From: Selaginella moellendorffii
Lineage: Eukaryota; Plantae; Lycopodiophyta
Assembly (NCBI RefSeq): GCF_000143415.4
Contig: NW_003314299.1
Location: 1,409,502 to 1,473,501, forward strand
DNA length: 64,000 nucleotides
Reading direction: 5' to 3'
The notes beneath the pieces are model-generated. The model was not told the origin of the DNA, ran no database searches, and worked only from the letters and a program-made list of their open reading frames with translations. Positions 12,601 to 25,743 of the stretch are shown one piece after another. The first letter of the stretch is position 1. Each line of letters opens with the position of its first letter. The translations under genes and the position numbers were made by a program.

Positions 12601-14919
12601 CAACAGCCTGAGTTGAAAAAAAGGCCGTCTTGTAAGTGCATTTCAATGCTAGAAGAGGTACCTGACCTGTGGGTAAGTGAGCTTCTGCACAATGTCCTCA
12701 TTTCTTGCACGGATCTTTCGAGTACAGAGTGCTTGAATAAGATCAAGAGCACCACATTCCAGCAAAGATGCTGCCACTTGAATAGCTGCCTTAAGGATAT
12801 CAGTAAATGAAATATCGATGCATAAAATAGTCTTCTCACCTTCGTCATTGGTTACAGTGACGTGGTTTTCGTTGTCGATGATGGAAAATGCAACATTTCC
12901 CAGCCAAAGTACCGCTGCGAGCATTTTGAACGCCTTTTCTTGATCTTCTTGATTTATTTGAACAGTGTTCATCGCATTCTAAACAGAAAAATTTTAGAAG
13001 ACTAGAAAAACACGTGATTTTGAAAGCTAACCAGCATACGGTGAAATTGTCCTGCGTCATCGACGTTCTCAATAGCAAGACATTTCCCTTGATTTAAGAA
13101 ATGATAATCGGAGGCATGTCTTAGTTTCAAACGATCTGCACACACGAAATATGTTACATGCTTCCACCTGAAAAAATTATGGTTTACCTCGCATGCCAGC
13201 GTCTGCCCCAGCACACAGCTGGTAAAACACATGGTATGACCTTTCACCTGGTGCTTGATGTACGACTCTAGACTTTAGAGCAAATTATTAAGATTAGCAA
13301 CTGTTTTGAATAGAGGAAGTTTGTTACCTTCTCAAGTAAGTCTGCAAGAACCAAGAGCACCTTAGAAATTACAAATAACAAAAAATGCGAGGATAGAGTA
13401 AAAAGACTTACATGTCTGAATTTTTGCACCACAAATTTTGCCGGCGCTATCAAAGAAAATATCAATGAGCTTTCCCTGCACAACAATTGACAGAATCAGT
13501 TAAAATAGTCTAAAATTTTCGCTCACTCACAAAACGACTAGAATTGTTATTGCGAAGTGTCTTCGCATTCCCAAAAGCTTCCAAAATCGGATTAGTTTCC
13601 AGTATTTCATTTTCCACACCTCCTCCACCTCCAAGGGCAGCTAAATACTGCATTGCAATCTTCGCAGTCTCAGTTTTGCCGGCCCCACTTTCACCACTGC
13701 AGGCATAGCAAGTATAAGAAAACCAGTAAAATACATGTAGATAATCGTTACCTGATGATAATGGATTGATTTAGTCCAGCTGAAATCAGAATAAGTTTTA
13801 CCTTCTCAGATTCAAGATCAAAACTACCACTATACCTGTTATCATCTCCTTGTAAGCACTGTCAGCAGTAGCATAGACGTGAGGACTAAGACCGGCTTTT
13901 GAACCATGCTGTCGAAACATGTCAATATACTCGGATGAATAGATTGGAACTTTTTTAAATGGGTTGATGGCGATAAGAACTGGTCCAGCTTTGGTCTGTA
14001 TGAATAAGAAATACGATTATAAGCCAATCAACTGAAAAGAGAAACGAGAATACGAGAATCAACTCACATAAATAAAACCTTGGCTGTAGCGGTATTTCAA
14101 ATTGTGAAGAACTGCTGGTTCGTTCAAGTAGCTCAGTTGAATAAGATCATCTATCCCTTCAAGAATGTCAGGATTAGCGGGAAGAACCATGGATGTTTCC
14201 GCTTTTATAACCTGCATAAAAAATAAAAAACTTATTAAGTACAATGATAATATCTCCGACTCACCTGTCCATCCAGAACAGAAATGACAGGACTCGCATC
14301 TCCGACAGCTTGAAGAGTTCCCAGAATCCATTCTCCTTCTGTGGATCTACACCAGACTCGTGAATTCTGCCAGAAAACTAAATAATTCATACAGGAAAGG
14401 TGAAAAGAAAAAGGAAATACTCACCTTCTTTAAAGCGTCTTCCCTCCACCGCTTGCGCGCATTTGTCCTGCTTTCCACAATCGCTGCCACTGGAACGGCG
14501 GGAATCGCCTTCTCTTCTATCGAGTCTCCGTCCTCGCCAACCAGATCCTCAGCTGACTCATAAGCTGAATCTCTTTCCACGAGATCGTACTCTTTCTTCT
14601 CATGCTGTGTTTCTACGTCCATGCACGAATCAACACCATTGTTCTTGCTCTCCACGCCAGTGTCATTGCCATCCTTGTGCTCTACTCCATTGCCATTTTC
14701 GTGGATCGCCGGTGTTTGCTCATTGGTACTTTCCACAGGCTTTGTCGCGGTTGCTTGACGGATAATACCATCCAAACTCTTTCTACCACCACGTAAGGAG
14801 GAGGGTAGCCGACCTCTGGAAGTTGGCCGCTGAGGCAATGCCGGAGGGAAATCCTTGGGCTTCTCATCCGATCTTTTCAACGATTCCAAAATCTCCTCTA
14901 GCGTGCTGCGTAGAGCCAT
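9623..14919 (-). CDS. Myosin class VIII, multi-exon
   Basis: N-terminal [16 protein letters not shown]; [16 protein letters not shown]; [13 protein letters not shown]-loop; LDIYGFESF; [10 protein letters not shown]; IQ repeats; coiled coil; C-terminal [17 protein letters not shown]. Confidence 0.97.
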
Positions 14920-16815
14920 GATTCTATATCGCTCACCTGATCTTGCCTCTCAAACCCCAATCCAATCCTCGCGGACGTGTTTCAGTCACTCTCTTCCGCT
15001 GGCCCGACGAGGAAATCCCTGTCCCTCCCAAATCTCCCAGCAAAACGGAATAGCCGCGGACCACATTCTCTAATCGCGCCTGTGCTGTGCATCTATCCCG
15101 GACCATGGATAATCCAATCCCTCATGCACCAGCTCCTACAGATCGCCGATCGAAATTTCGACCGTGAAACGAATCCGGATGCTACCCTGCCGCCTAGGGA
15201 TCGCCCCGCCGCAATCCCAGTCGAAACCCTTGGACGATGAAGAACTCACCGATTGAGCGCGGCGCTGGAGAGATCCACTCCGCGAAGCTGCTCGCTGGAG
15301 CTAGCGCGCGAGATCTGACACGCGCACCGATCTTGGAGGGCGATCCGGTCGAGGAAGGCGCTCACATCACTGCCGCATTCCCTGACGACGCAAAACGCAT
15401 AAATTCTTTTTTTCCCTCTGTTGCTGGAAGAAAATCCGAGCATCGCATGCCCGGCCCTAGGATTCCAGTATCCAACGCTCCCGGCCCCGCCACGTAGGCA
15501 TCCAATGTTATGATATATTAGGGCACCAGTGCCATCCCCGTCGTCGATTGGCCCCTCGTCAGAATCCAGGCTGCCCCTGCCGTCCGATGGGCGGACAGCG
15601 CTGCGCGGGAAAGTTTTGACGCTATCCAACTGGCTGGCCACGTCCAGAGCTCGAATCCTGGCACGACGCCTACTAGATCGATTTCATTCCACGCATATAG
15701 AAGGATCCAGTAACACAACAAAAGTAGTGGCATCATGTCCCCTGGCTCCACATCGCGCACGTAGCCACCCAAAAATTTAGTAAAAAGACTATTCTTTTCA
15801 ACCTTGGAAGAATCTACACGAGGATGCGAATCGAATCCCAGTGCTCACGAGATTCGAGCCCCGGATCAATGCATCTCTATCTGTCAGGTAAAGGAAACCA
15901 CCCTGGTCTAGGAAAGGTGGCGGCCCTTAAAAATGTAGGACTCCAAAGTCACACGCAAAACTTTTCTTCCATGAAGGGACACTGGTCATAAAACCCTAGT
16001 GTTTTATAGCCACCTATCAGGGGCCAATAACCATCGTTTCACACACATTTTTCTTTCCAACTTACACCACTGCACAACTTTCCCAGAACCACACGGTACA
16101 AATCCACTCTACGGAGATTTTCCCTGTCCTGAGAGCTTCCAGTACAAACAAAAATTTTAGAGAAAAAAAAAAACAAGAGGTAAGCTATTTCATATTACAA
16201 CAGGGTGTGTGAGAAAGACAAAAAAGAAAGAAAAAAGAAAGAAAAAAAGAATGGGCTTTTCCTTTACGGCCAGGGACTTGGTTTGATTTGATTGGATTGA
16301 ATTTTCTTCTTCCTGTGGACTCTTTTGTCTGTCTTTACTCCATCTTCGATTCTTCCGCCAAAGCCGGATTTGGCTTTCCCTGATATGATCATCTATCTCC
16401 TCCAAACTGCGAGAGGCACTGTTCTTGAGAGTTTCTTTCCTCTCTAGCTATACTTTCCCCCCGTGTCAATCAATCCTGCTTGACAACCTGCGAATTTCTC
16501 AAGAGCTTTGAATCGGGTACCTGAATTGGATACCGCTCCAAGGAGATACCGCACAGAGAGGGAGCCATAACTTCGAGCTGAGCAGCGGCGGCGGTAGCAG
16601 CAGCAGCACCTAGCAGAAGAAAGAAGAAAATAAAAACTCTACAACCAAGGAGGAAGTCCTTTCCCCTCCTCCCTGAACCCTGAGTCCTCCTGTAAGATAG
16701 CTTATAGCTATGTGTGTTTTTCCTGTCCTGTGTGTCCTCCCTGATAGACGAGTTTAAAGCCTGGAGAGCCTCGTTGCGAGCGCTGCTTCTGCCGCACTCG
16801 CTCTCCCCCCGTCGC

Positions 16816-18149
16816 TCACCACATCTCGCAGGGAAGAACATCGTCAATCTCATCCGAGCTCGAGTACCATTCCTCGATATCCCAGCCATCGTCCGAGTAG
16901 TGCACGTCGGACATGTCGTCGTACAGGTCGAGCATCTGGAACTGGTCATTGAACTTGATGTTGTAGATGACTCTGATCTTCCGGCACCGCTCGGCCATGG
17001 CCCCGTCGATCGTCAAGTTCATGCAGCCCCTCAGATCGAGAAAGTCCAGGCTCTTGCACTTGTCCAGTATCGCGGCCAGCCCCGAGTTCGTGAGCGATCC
17101 GTAGCAGAGCTCGAGGTGTCTCAGCAGCGGCATGTGTGCGGCGATGGCCAGCGCCTCGTCGTCATACTCCTCGGCCACCAAGTTGTTGGTCTGGAAGAAA
17201 AAGGACATGTTGCGGTCGAGGCGCGCGAGCGACTTGCAGGAGCGGCCGATCTGCGCGAGCGCCGTCTTGGAGATCGCTGTGCAGCCGCTGATGTCCAAGT
17301 GAGTTATCCTGCTCAAGCTGGGGGCGATGTTGGCAATGCAGCCGTCCGTGACTTGGCAGAATGGTATGCGAAGAACTTTCAACCCATGACCCCTGCAAGG
17401 CCAAAGAATGTATAGAAAACCATTCATGTCAATAGCATCCAGGCCCTGGCAGAGAGAAGTTTCTTTAAAAACCATTGCTGGTTCCTACAAAACCATGCAA
17501 ATTCCATGCAAAGCGACTCAAACGAACCAGGAAGAGGTCAGGGCCGTTTGCTTATCTCTCACCGGGAAGCGTTATCTATGCAATGAGCAATCGGAAAATC
17601 AATGCCAGAGACCTAACGGAATTTGGTTTTTTGCGAGACAATCACTAGCAAAGCAAAGAGCAAAGAAACAAGCTAAAGAAACCCAAGAACACACAAGACA
17701 ATGAAATAAGAGGGGAGAAAAAGAAAGAACCTCTTGGCGATGTAATCCACTGGCTCGTCGTTGGCGAGCCGACAGACCGAGAGCTCCTCGAGGCCGCCTC
17801 CGCTGCGCTCCACAACGAGCTGGACCATCCTGTGGATTACCTCCCAGGGCATGAGCCGGCTCCATTCGTGCAAATCCACAACCCTCCAGCACGTCGGATC
17901 CATCGCCGCCTTGCGCCACGCCTTGCAAACCACCGGGACGCTCCGCATTCGCTCCTCGAGCGGAAGAACAGCGAAAATCCTGGCCAGGGCTTCCGGCAGC
18001 ATCTCCGACCACTGCGCCGCGACGCCCCCATCGCTGACGCTCGGTGCTAGCAGCGCCGAGGAGGAGCCGCCGCTGCAAATTTCAGCGCTGCCGCGCTCCA
18101 TCTCCATCTCCACCTCCATTGGCATTGCCATCGCCATCGCCATCGCCAC
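16816..18149 (-). CDS. FBW2: F-box/LRR protein, FBW2/SKIP1-like (2 coding exons)
   Basis: F-box WSEMLPEALARIF..VPVVCKAWR; LRRs LDISGC, IGRSCKSLARLDRNM, DEALAIAAHMPLLRHLEL, LDLRGC; acidic tail. The start codon is uncertain within the (GCCATC)n repeat. Confidence 0.85.
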
Positions 18150-18298
18150 GACACGATGTAAGCGGGGAATCAGCTTTACACAGGGAGACTTAAAAGAAGA
18201 GTGTCCTTAACCTTCCACGTCACCATCAGACGTGGACAATCTGGACACGTGGACGGTCGTGGGCACGCTACTAGGGCTTTCTTAGGGTTCTTGGGGGA
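18150..18298. promoter_or_regulatory. Compact bidirectional promoter (F-box / sirtuin)
   Basis: 149 bp between divergent ATGs; three ACGT cores (CCACGTCA, GACGTGG, CACGTGG) and a telo-box-like TTAGGGTT. Confidence 0.55.
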
Positions 18299-19479
18299 AT
18301 GGAGCTCGACGAGGCGCTGCGCAAGGCCGCCGATCTCATCGTCAATGCGTCCTCGGTGGTGGCGTTTACTGGCGCTGGAATTTCGGTGGAATCCGGTAAG
18401 AATGCGGCGATCTAGCTCACAATGCGGGTTATTTCATTCGTCTTAGATGGCGCATTGCTCAATGCTTGTGTCGAGAGGGATTTTTCTAACAATGAATTGC
18501 CGCCAGGAATTCCGGATTTTCGAAGCAGCGGGGGATTGTGGTCAAAGTATGATCCCGAGGTGTATTGTAACTATTCTGTTTTCAAACAAAAGTAAGCGCT
18601 GGAGAAAAGAAGTTTTACTTTCTAGCTTCTTCTCTAACTTTTTTTTTTTTTTTGTTTACTTTTCTGTTCAGGCCCGAGCTCTTTTGGAAGATGGCAGTGG
18701 ACATGCAAAGCACAATGGCAGAAGCTCAGCCCAATCCCGCGCACTATGCGCTTGCCGAGCTTGAAAGTATGGGATATTTGAAACATGTTATAACGCAGAA
18801 TGTAGATAACTTGCACCAGGTACTTGGGATCATCTCTCTCCGTTTTTTTTCTCTCTATTTTGCTTCTCGTATCCGACCAATTGGGAAATCTTTGTAGCGT
18901 GCAGGGAGCAACAAAGTACGTGAGCTGCACGGGAATGGATCAACTGCGTCGTGCATGGTTTGTAGGAGCAAGGTACCAATCTCGGAGGCGATGGATCAGT
19001 TGAACTCGGGAAAAGTAAAAACAAACTTGTCTCTTTTTTTCCCAGCTTTTTCTTACACTGTACATTTGCAGAGCGTTCCGGTGTGCTCTCGTTGTGGAGG
19101 AGTTTTAAGAATGGACGCGATCCTCTTTGGCGAGCCTTTACAAAGTTCTGTGATGGAAGGCTCGCTGCGACTGGCAATGTTTGCGGAGGTGATGCTTGTG
19201 ATCGGAACTTCTCTTGTGGTAGGCACCATGGATGCTTTTGTGTTGTTTGAGCTGAACTTCTCATTTCATGTTTTCGTTTTTTCGTCCGAGCAGGTCTCGC
19301 CCGCCAACAGCCTCGTGCAGCTCTGCAAATCCAACCAAGGAACAATTGTCATTTGTGATCCCAGCCCTGCCAATTCTCATTTGGCTCATGTAATGCTGCG
19401 CGGAAACGCAGGCGAGGTGTTGCCTCGCCTTGTGCAAGCATGCAAAGCGCTGAGAACTAAAGGCAAGGCTCAGATGTAA
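18299..19479 (+). CDS. NAD-dependent deacylase (sirtuin/Sir2), prokaryote-like, ~6 exons
   Basis: Spliced [49 protein letters not shown], ELHGN, CxxC..CxxC, LFGEPL, VIGTSLVVSPA. Confidence 0.93.
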
Positions 19480-20705
19480 GAAGCCGGGAAGAAAAAAAGG
19501 TTCTTTTTTACACAGACGTTCCGTCCTTTATGTTTTTCTTGCTAATGATTTGTCCCACAGTGGAAGTCAGAGGGGATGCGTAAAGTAAACGCGGTCCAAA
19601 CAGGACTAAAGCAAAAGCCGTGACGAGCCCTTTCAAAGACAAGTTTACTATGCAAAGTTCCATCAATCATACATGCAGGTAAGATAGTTTACTTGGGGGC
19701 TTTTTTTTTCCAAACTAATCTTGTTTAGTTCCTTGTGTGTTGTTATTGACAGCATGTGTGATTCAGGCACACATCAAATCGCCAGAGACTGTCAACACCG
19801 GACAATCTCCTAGAGCAATACAAACAATGGAAAAAGGAAAGCTTGGAGTAAGCAAGCGTGTTTGGAATCTCTCCTGATGATTTGACAAGGTTGAGAGAGA
19901 ATTTGATTTTATTTGCATGGTCTGTAGACAATGTGGAAAAATCTCTGGTCCCTTGGTACGCCCACTTACAAAGTGAAGTATGGCTATGGCCTGAACGTGC
20001 TGCTTTTTCACCCCACTATGCTATCCGCTATTCCTATTGTTAATCTCTTGAATTTATTGTTTTACTAACGAACTAGTCAAAATATAAATTTGAGGTAGTG
20101 GCCTTTTAGCTAAAACTCGAAACACGACCTTTTTCCTCTTAACTAATGTTGTCGTTCATTCATTGTTCATCCGTCGATGGACAAAAAGTGATCAATCAAA
20201 ATGCATCTAAGAAGTAGACAAACCCTAAAAAAAGATCTCGATTGGAGGCCGCTATAGGAAGTAACAGTGACAAGAAAATCAATTCGCACCCCTATATAAA
20301 AAGGCAGTAGAAATAAAATAAAGGTAGTTTATAATTGCACGTTTTACAAATTGCTAATACCGTACGCGCAACTGAAGGGCGGCGGCCCAGCCACGTCAGC
20401 GCACACCCGCGAAGAAGAACCCTAATTTCTCAGTGCCAGTGCGTGGCCAGGAGCCGCCATATCCACAGCGGCACGCTGCGCGATATTTAGGGTTGTAGGG
20501 TTCCACATTGGGACTGGGAGAGCGCTGGGAGTCTCATCTCTAAGGTGAGAATTTCTAGCTCGATCTGGCCGTGACAGGAGATTCGTTGACCTCTGTTTTT
20601 TTTTGTGTGCCAGCTGCGAGCCTTGGAAATCGCGTTTCTACATTTTGCCTGTTCGTCACGCACCAGTGGAGCTCTCGCTTTCGTTGAGCGCTCTTCGGTG
20701 GAGTG

Positions 20706-22482
20706 ATGGCAGGCGTGCTGGTTCCTTCGCAAAATGTGGGGATTTTCCCCCGTTCCTCGCAGTCACTCTCCTTGCCTTCAAAGCTTTGCTACAAGACGCC
20801 GAGATCATCGCTAAGTTTTCGATCGCCCAAGCAAGCGTGTGTCATCGCTGGCCTTGGCTCTTCCTTTTCTCCACTCTTGGCTCTTAAAAGAAGGCTCAAG
20901 CCCGGCTCGAGCTCGCCATCCGTTCCAATGGTCGCTGTTCCACTCCGAACTGTCACTGCTCCTCAAAGCGATGTGGTCGGTGACTTCTCCAAGGAGTTTG
21001 ATCCTGCCGCTCCACCACCATTTTCTCTGGGAGATGTCAGAGCTGCCATTCCAAAGCATTGCTGGGAGAAGAATGTGTGGAGATCGATTAGCTATGTCGT
21101 GAGGGACATAGCGGTGGTTCTCGGACTGGCTGCTGGTGCTGCTTACTTGAATAATTGGCTCGTCTGGCCACTCTACTGGGCTGCCCAAGGCACGATGTTC
21201 TGGGCTCTCTTTGTGCTCGGCCATGACTGGTAAGTTTTTCTCTCCCAGCAATGTTTTTTCTTTCTCGATCTTACGCGTCTTTGATCAGTGGACACGGGAG
21301 TTTTTCCAATAACAAGAAGCTTAACCATGTCTTCGGCCACATTCTCCATTCTTCCATCCTGGTTCCATACCACGGGTGGTACGTATGCTTTTCCATTTCT
21401 TGTTTGGCTTAGAGTTTAAACTTTGTGGAAATCCAGGAGGATAAGCCACCGGACGCATCACCAGAATCACGGCCATGTCGAGAACGACGAGTCCTGGCAT
21501 CCAGTAAGTCGCCTGATGCTCTCGCAAGTGGAAACCATTTTGTTTTTCTCTTACCTTACACTGTTCTTCATGTAGATGACCGAGAAGCTCTACAAAGACG
21601 CAGATATCTTTACTCGCTTCGGCCGGTTCCAGCTTCCATGGGTCATGTTTGCTTATCCGCTTTATCTGGTATTACTAGAAGTTCCATTTTGCTTTGCCTC
21701 GTTTCTAATCTTTCTCACGAACAGGCGACGAGGAGTCCGGGTAAAACTGGCTCTCACTTCCATCCGGACAGCTCTCTCTTCGTCCCGAGCGAGAGAAACG
21801 ACGTGATAACGTCGACAGTGTGCTGGTCGGCGATGTTGGCGTTGCTGGCTGCCATGACAGCTGCTGTTGGCCCCGTTTGGATGTTCAAGCTTTACGTCGT
21901 ACCTTACTTGGTAAGTTTTCCAGAGTTCTACGCAATCGTTTGATGCTTGTGACCGCAGATCAATATTGTTTGGCTGGATGCTGTGACTTACATGCATCAT
22001 CACGGGCACGAAGTCAAGGTTCCGTGGTACAGAGGAAAGGTACTGTGCAAGCTTTGTTTTTTTTTTCAAGGCTCTTTATGCTGGAACTCTAGGAGTGGAA
22101 CTACATGAGAGGGGGACTTTCCACCATAGACAGAGACTACGGAGTGATCAACAACATCCACCACGATATCGGCACTCACGTCGTGCATCATTTGTTCCCT
22201 CAAATTCCTCACTACAATTTGGTGGAAGCTGTGAGTTCATCTTAGCGCTTTTTTGCTTCGGATCGAGCTAATCGTGGTTCTTTTTTCTTTTTTTCTTTTT
22301 TTTTTGTTTTCTTGGTGTAGACCAAAGCGATAAAGCCTGTGCTGGGAAAATACTACAGGGAACCAGAAAAATCTGGCCTGCTTCCCTTGCACTTGTACAA
22401 AATTCTTAAGTCGAGCCTCGAGGAGGACCATTTTGTGCCGAATGAAGGCGACATTGTCTTCTACCAGCGGGACTCCATTTAA
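20706..22482 (+). CDS. FAD7: Omega-3 fatty acid desaturase, plastid type (transit peptide)
   Basis: Ser-rich N-terminal extension; FDPAAPPPF; His boxes [33 protein letters not shown]; 8-exon FAD3/7/8 layout. Confidence 0.93.
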
Positions 22483-22799
22483 AGAGGAACAATGAAAAAA
22501 TCATTTTTTGGCGAAAATGCGAAGCCAACAAAAAAGAAAACACGCAAAAAGCATTCTTTTCTCCAGAAATGTTATATAGAGTTTGAGACCTTGATCTTTA
22601 TAAAGGGTCCCATTCGAAAGATTCGTTTGATCAGGAGGAGCCTACCTATAAATATAAAAGAATGCCAGTGGAGAGATGCGATAGGGGTTCCCTAGAAGCT
22701 TTTATACAGAGGTCTTTTCTTTCTTTTCTTGGCGGCAATCCAGGCGGCGGCTCTTGCGATCCGATCGATCGCCATTAGATCGATTCCATCGATCGATCC

Positions 22800-24588
22800 A
22801 TGGCGGACGACGGCGACGCCAAGGGGTTTGATCCATCAGCGCCGCCGCCGTTCACCATCGCCGAGGTCCGCTCCGCCATCCCTAGCCACTGCTGGAACAA
22901 GAGCCTGGGCAGATCTTTGAGCTTCCTGGCCAGGGATCTGGCGGGCGTCGCGATCTTGGCCTGCATTGCCGGATATTTCGATCACTGGCTCGTCTGGCCC
23001 GCGTATTGGATCGCGCAAGGCACGCTCTTCTGGGCGCTCTTCGTCATCGGCCACGACTGGTAAGCAAAATCTTCCATTTCCATCGACTCGCATTGGATTT
23101 CATTGCATGGCAGTGGTGAGAATTTTGTCTCTTTGGTTTGCTCTTGGATTTCTGGTGCCCTGCATTGCGATTCTTTCACCTGAATGCCTCGAAGTTCCCT
23201 TTCTCTTGGATTTCGCGCTCGATATTTATTTTTTCTTATACTTTTTATGTACGTTTGCGTGCGTGCTTTTTTATTTTTTGTTTTTTTATTTCTTGGGTTT
23301 TTTGTGACTTAGAACATGTCTCTAGTTTGTCTTCTACTTCCCTTGAGCAACTTGCGTGAAAGTTACTCTATGAATTCTTTTTCTATGCAGTGGACACGGA
23401 AGCTTTTCTGACAACAAGGACGTGAACACAGTCGTAGGACATTTTGTCCACTCGTTTATTTTGGTCCCGTATCATGGGTGGTGAGTGATCAGATTCTCTT
23501 GTCCTGTTTTTGTCCTCCGCCATGACTGATTCCCCGGCCTCGCAGGAGAATCAGCCACAGAACTCATCATCAAAATCACGGTCACGCAGACAATGACGAG
23601 TCCTGGTCACCTGTAAGCCGTTCTGAGGTTGCAAATTTTCAAAAATTTCATGGTTTTTTCAGATGACTGAGAGCATGTATAAGTCGTCTCCTCCACTGAA
23701 GCTTGTTGCACGGTTCCAATTGCCGTGGCCATTGTTGGTATTCCCGTTCTATCTCGTAAGGATTTGTTTATTCTCCATTGTTCGAGCTTGACACCTTCTT
23801 GTGCTCGTAGGTGAAAAGAACTCCTGGCAAGGATGGTTCTCATTTCCATCCAGAGAGCCCCTTGTTCAAGCCCAGTGAGAGGGGTGATGTTTTGACGTCA
23901 ACCGCGTGTTGGACGGTCATGTTGGCCATCCTGATCGCCTTGACGATAAGAATCGGGCCACTCTGGATGTTGAAACTCTACTTTGTTCCTTACGTGGTAA
24001 GTCCTCTACGCTCTTGAGTATGCAATCCAGTGTAGAACTCTAGCTTTATTAACTTTTCGTTTCTTTATCATTTTCAGATCCAGATAATGTGGATTGCTGG
24101 CGTTACTTACATGCACCACCATGGCCACTACCAGAAAGTACCATGGTATCGTGGGAAGGTACAAGTATTTTCCTGTTCTGAGGATTCATTTCTCTCAAAC
24201 GAGCTCTTTTACATCTCAGGAATGGAATTACATCCGAGGCGGCCTATCAACTATAGACCGAGACTATGGATTGTTCAATAACATTCACCACGACATTGGA
24301 ACGCATGTCGTGCATCATTTGTTCCCGCAAATTCCACACTACCATTTGATCGAAGCCGTAAGTTTCTCTGAGTAGTATCAAGGGTCATCGATTAACGTTC
24401 TTTTCAAATTTCCTGTGTAGACTAAAGCCATAAAGCCGATTCTCGGGAAATACTACAGGGAGCCTGAGACGTCCGGGCCAGTGCCGATCCATTTGTTCAA
24501 GGTTCTAAGCAAGAGCCTCAAGGAAGACCAGTTCGTCGCCGACGACGGCGATGTTGTCTTCTACCAGAGCGATCCAGGCTTGAAGTAA
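22800..24588 (+). CDS. FAD3: Omega-3 fatty acid desaturase, no transit peptide (ER/FAD3 type)
   Basis: Starts [18 protein letters not shown]; same His boxes and intron positions as the upstream paralog. Confidence 0.9.
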
Positions 24589-24753
24589 GTCTGTTTTTTT
24601 GTCTCTGGAAGACCAAATTTTTGGAGAGTTTTAATAATCCAGCCGGCGATGCTAAGGTAAAGATAAAAGCACCTCTTTTACTGACCAGTTTTTAGTGTTC
24701 TTCATCTTAGAACTCGGTTTTGAGAGAAAAAAAATTCCATTTCATCGAAGTTT

Positions 24754-25743
24754 TCACGAGCTTGCAACTCGAATTTTCACGAATGTGGCTATGTCCTCGC
24801 AAAATTTCCTCGCATGAGGAAATTTTGGAGCCAAGTAAAAGCCATGGCAGGCCCCCGGGACGAATATGCTCTGGGCCTCCTTTCCAGCGGCTATCAGCTT
24901 GTCCACGTACTGTGCGTGGCGGTCCTGGCCAGGGCACGAACCCCCAATCACCACCAAAGTTGGCGGAATGGCCATGGCCGCCAAATCTAGCGGCGCTTCT
25001 CCGCCAAATGGATTACACCCCGGATGATCCCTGCTCGCGCCGGGTGGGAGATACGCGCGCCATCGCCACTCCGAGAATCGCTGATTCGCGAAAGGGACAT
25101 CCGCGAATTCCTTCTCGGATGGCGTGAGGGATTCGCCTCCAAAGGATGGCTGGATCAAGACCTGGCCGCGAATGACGATGGGGGAGAGATCCTCGCGCGC
25201 CAGGGCGAGCTTGGAGCTGAGATTGTGGACGAGATTGCCGCCGGCGCTATCCCCGACGAGGAATGTGTTGGAGAGATCAAGGAGCGCGTTCTTGGAAGAA
25301 TGCTGCTGGAAATATTTGAGGGCTTCGAAGCCATCGTCGATCGCTGCCGGGTACCTGTGCTCTGGAATGCGGCGGTAGTTCACGGAGATCACGATCGCTG
25401 CGCAGGCCGTGGCGAGATTGCGGCACAGGGCGTCGAAATGGGGCGATGCTGGCGTGCAAAGCGCGAAGAATCCCCCGTGGAAGAAGAAGATTACGGGGAG
25501 CGTGGACGAGGAGGAGCTCGGCGTGAAGATCCGGACCCAGAGATCGGTGTCTTGATCATCGATTGTGAGATCCCGCGCGCTCACTCCCTCCGCGTCGATT
25601 GCTGGGGTTTTGCGGTCGAAGAAATCGGCCGCGCGCCTGCTGAAGCTGCCGTCGCCGCGGAGGATGAATGGAAGCGCCATGAATTTCCAGATGAATGCCG
25701 CGATCCTCGCAGCGAATGGCGTGGCCAATGGCGGATTGGCCAT
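24754..25743 (-). CDS. Carboxylesterase (CXE/HSL family, CXE18/GID1-like), single exon
   Basis: HGGFF, SVNYRRIPEHRYP, GDSAGGN, WRAYLPPGASRDHP, CHGF. Confidence 0.92.
   Translation of the reverse strand: MANPPLATPFAARIAAFIWKFMALPFILRGDGSFSRRAADFFDRKTPAIDAEGVSARDLTIDDQDTDLWVRIFTPSSSSSTLPVIFFFHGGFFALCTPASPHFDALCRNLATACAAIVISVNYRRIPEHRYPAAIDDGFEALKYFQQHSSKNALLDLSNTFLVGDSAGGNLVHNLSSKLALAREDLSPIVIRGQVLIQPSFGGESLTPSEKEFADVPFANQRFSEWRWRAYLPPGASRDHPGCNPFGGEAPLDLAAMAIPPTLVVIGGSCPGQDRHAQYVDKLIAAGKEAQSIFVPGACHGFYLAPKFPHARKFCEDIATFVKIRVASS

Noticed and set aside
15237-15780. Short ORFs upstream of myosin VIII
   Set aside because: No recognisable motifs; consistent with GC-rich promoter/5' UTR sequence
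19760-20043. Coding-like fragment after the sirtuin
   Set aside because: Short, interrupted by a stop and with no assignable family
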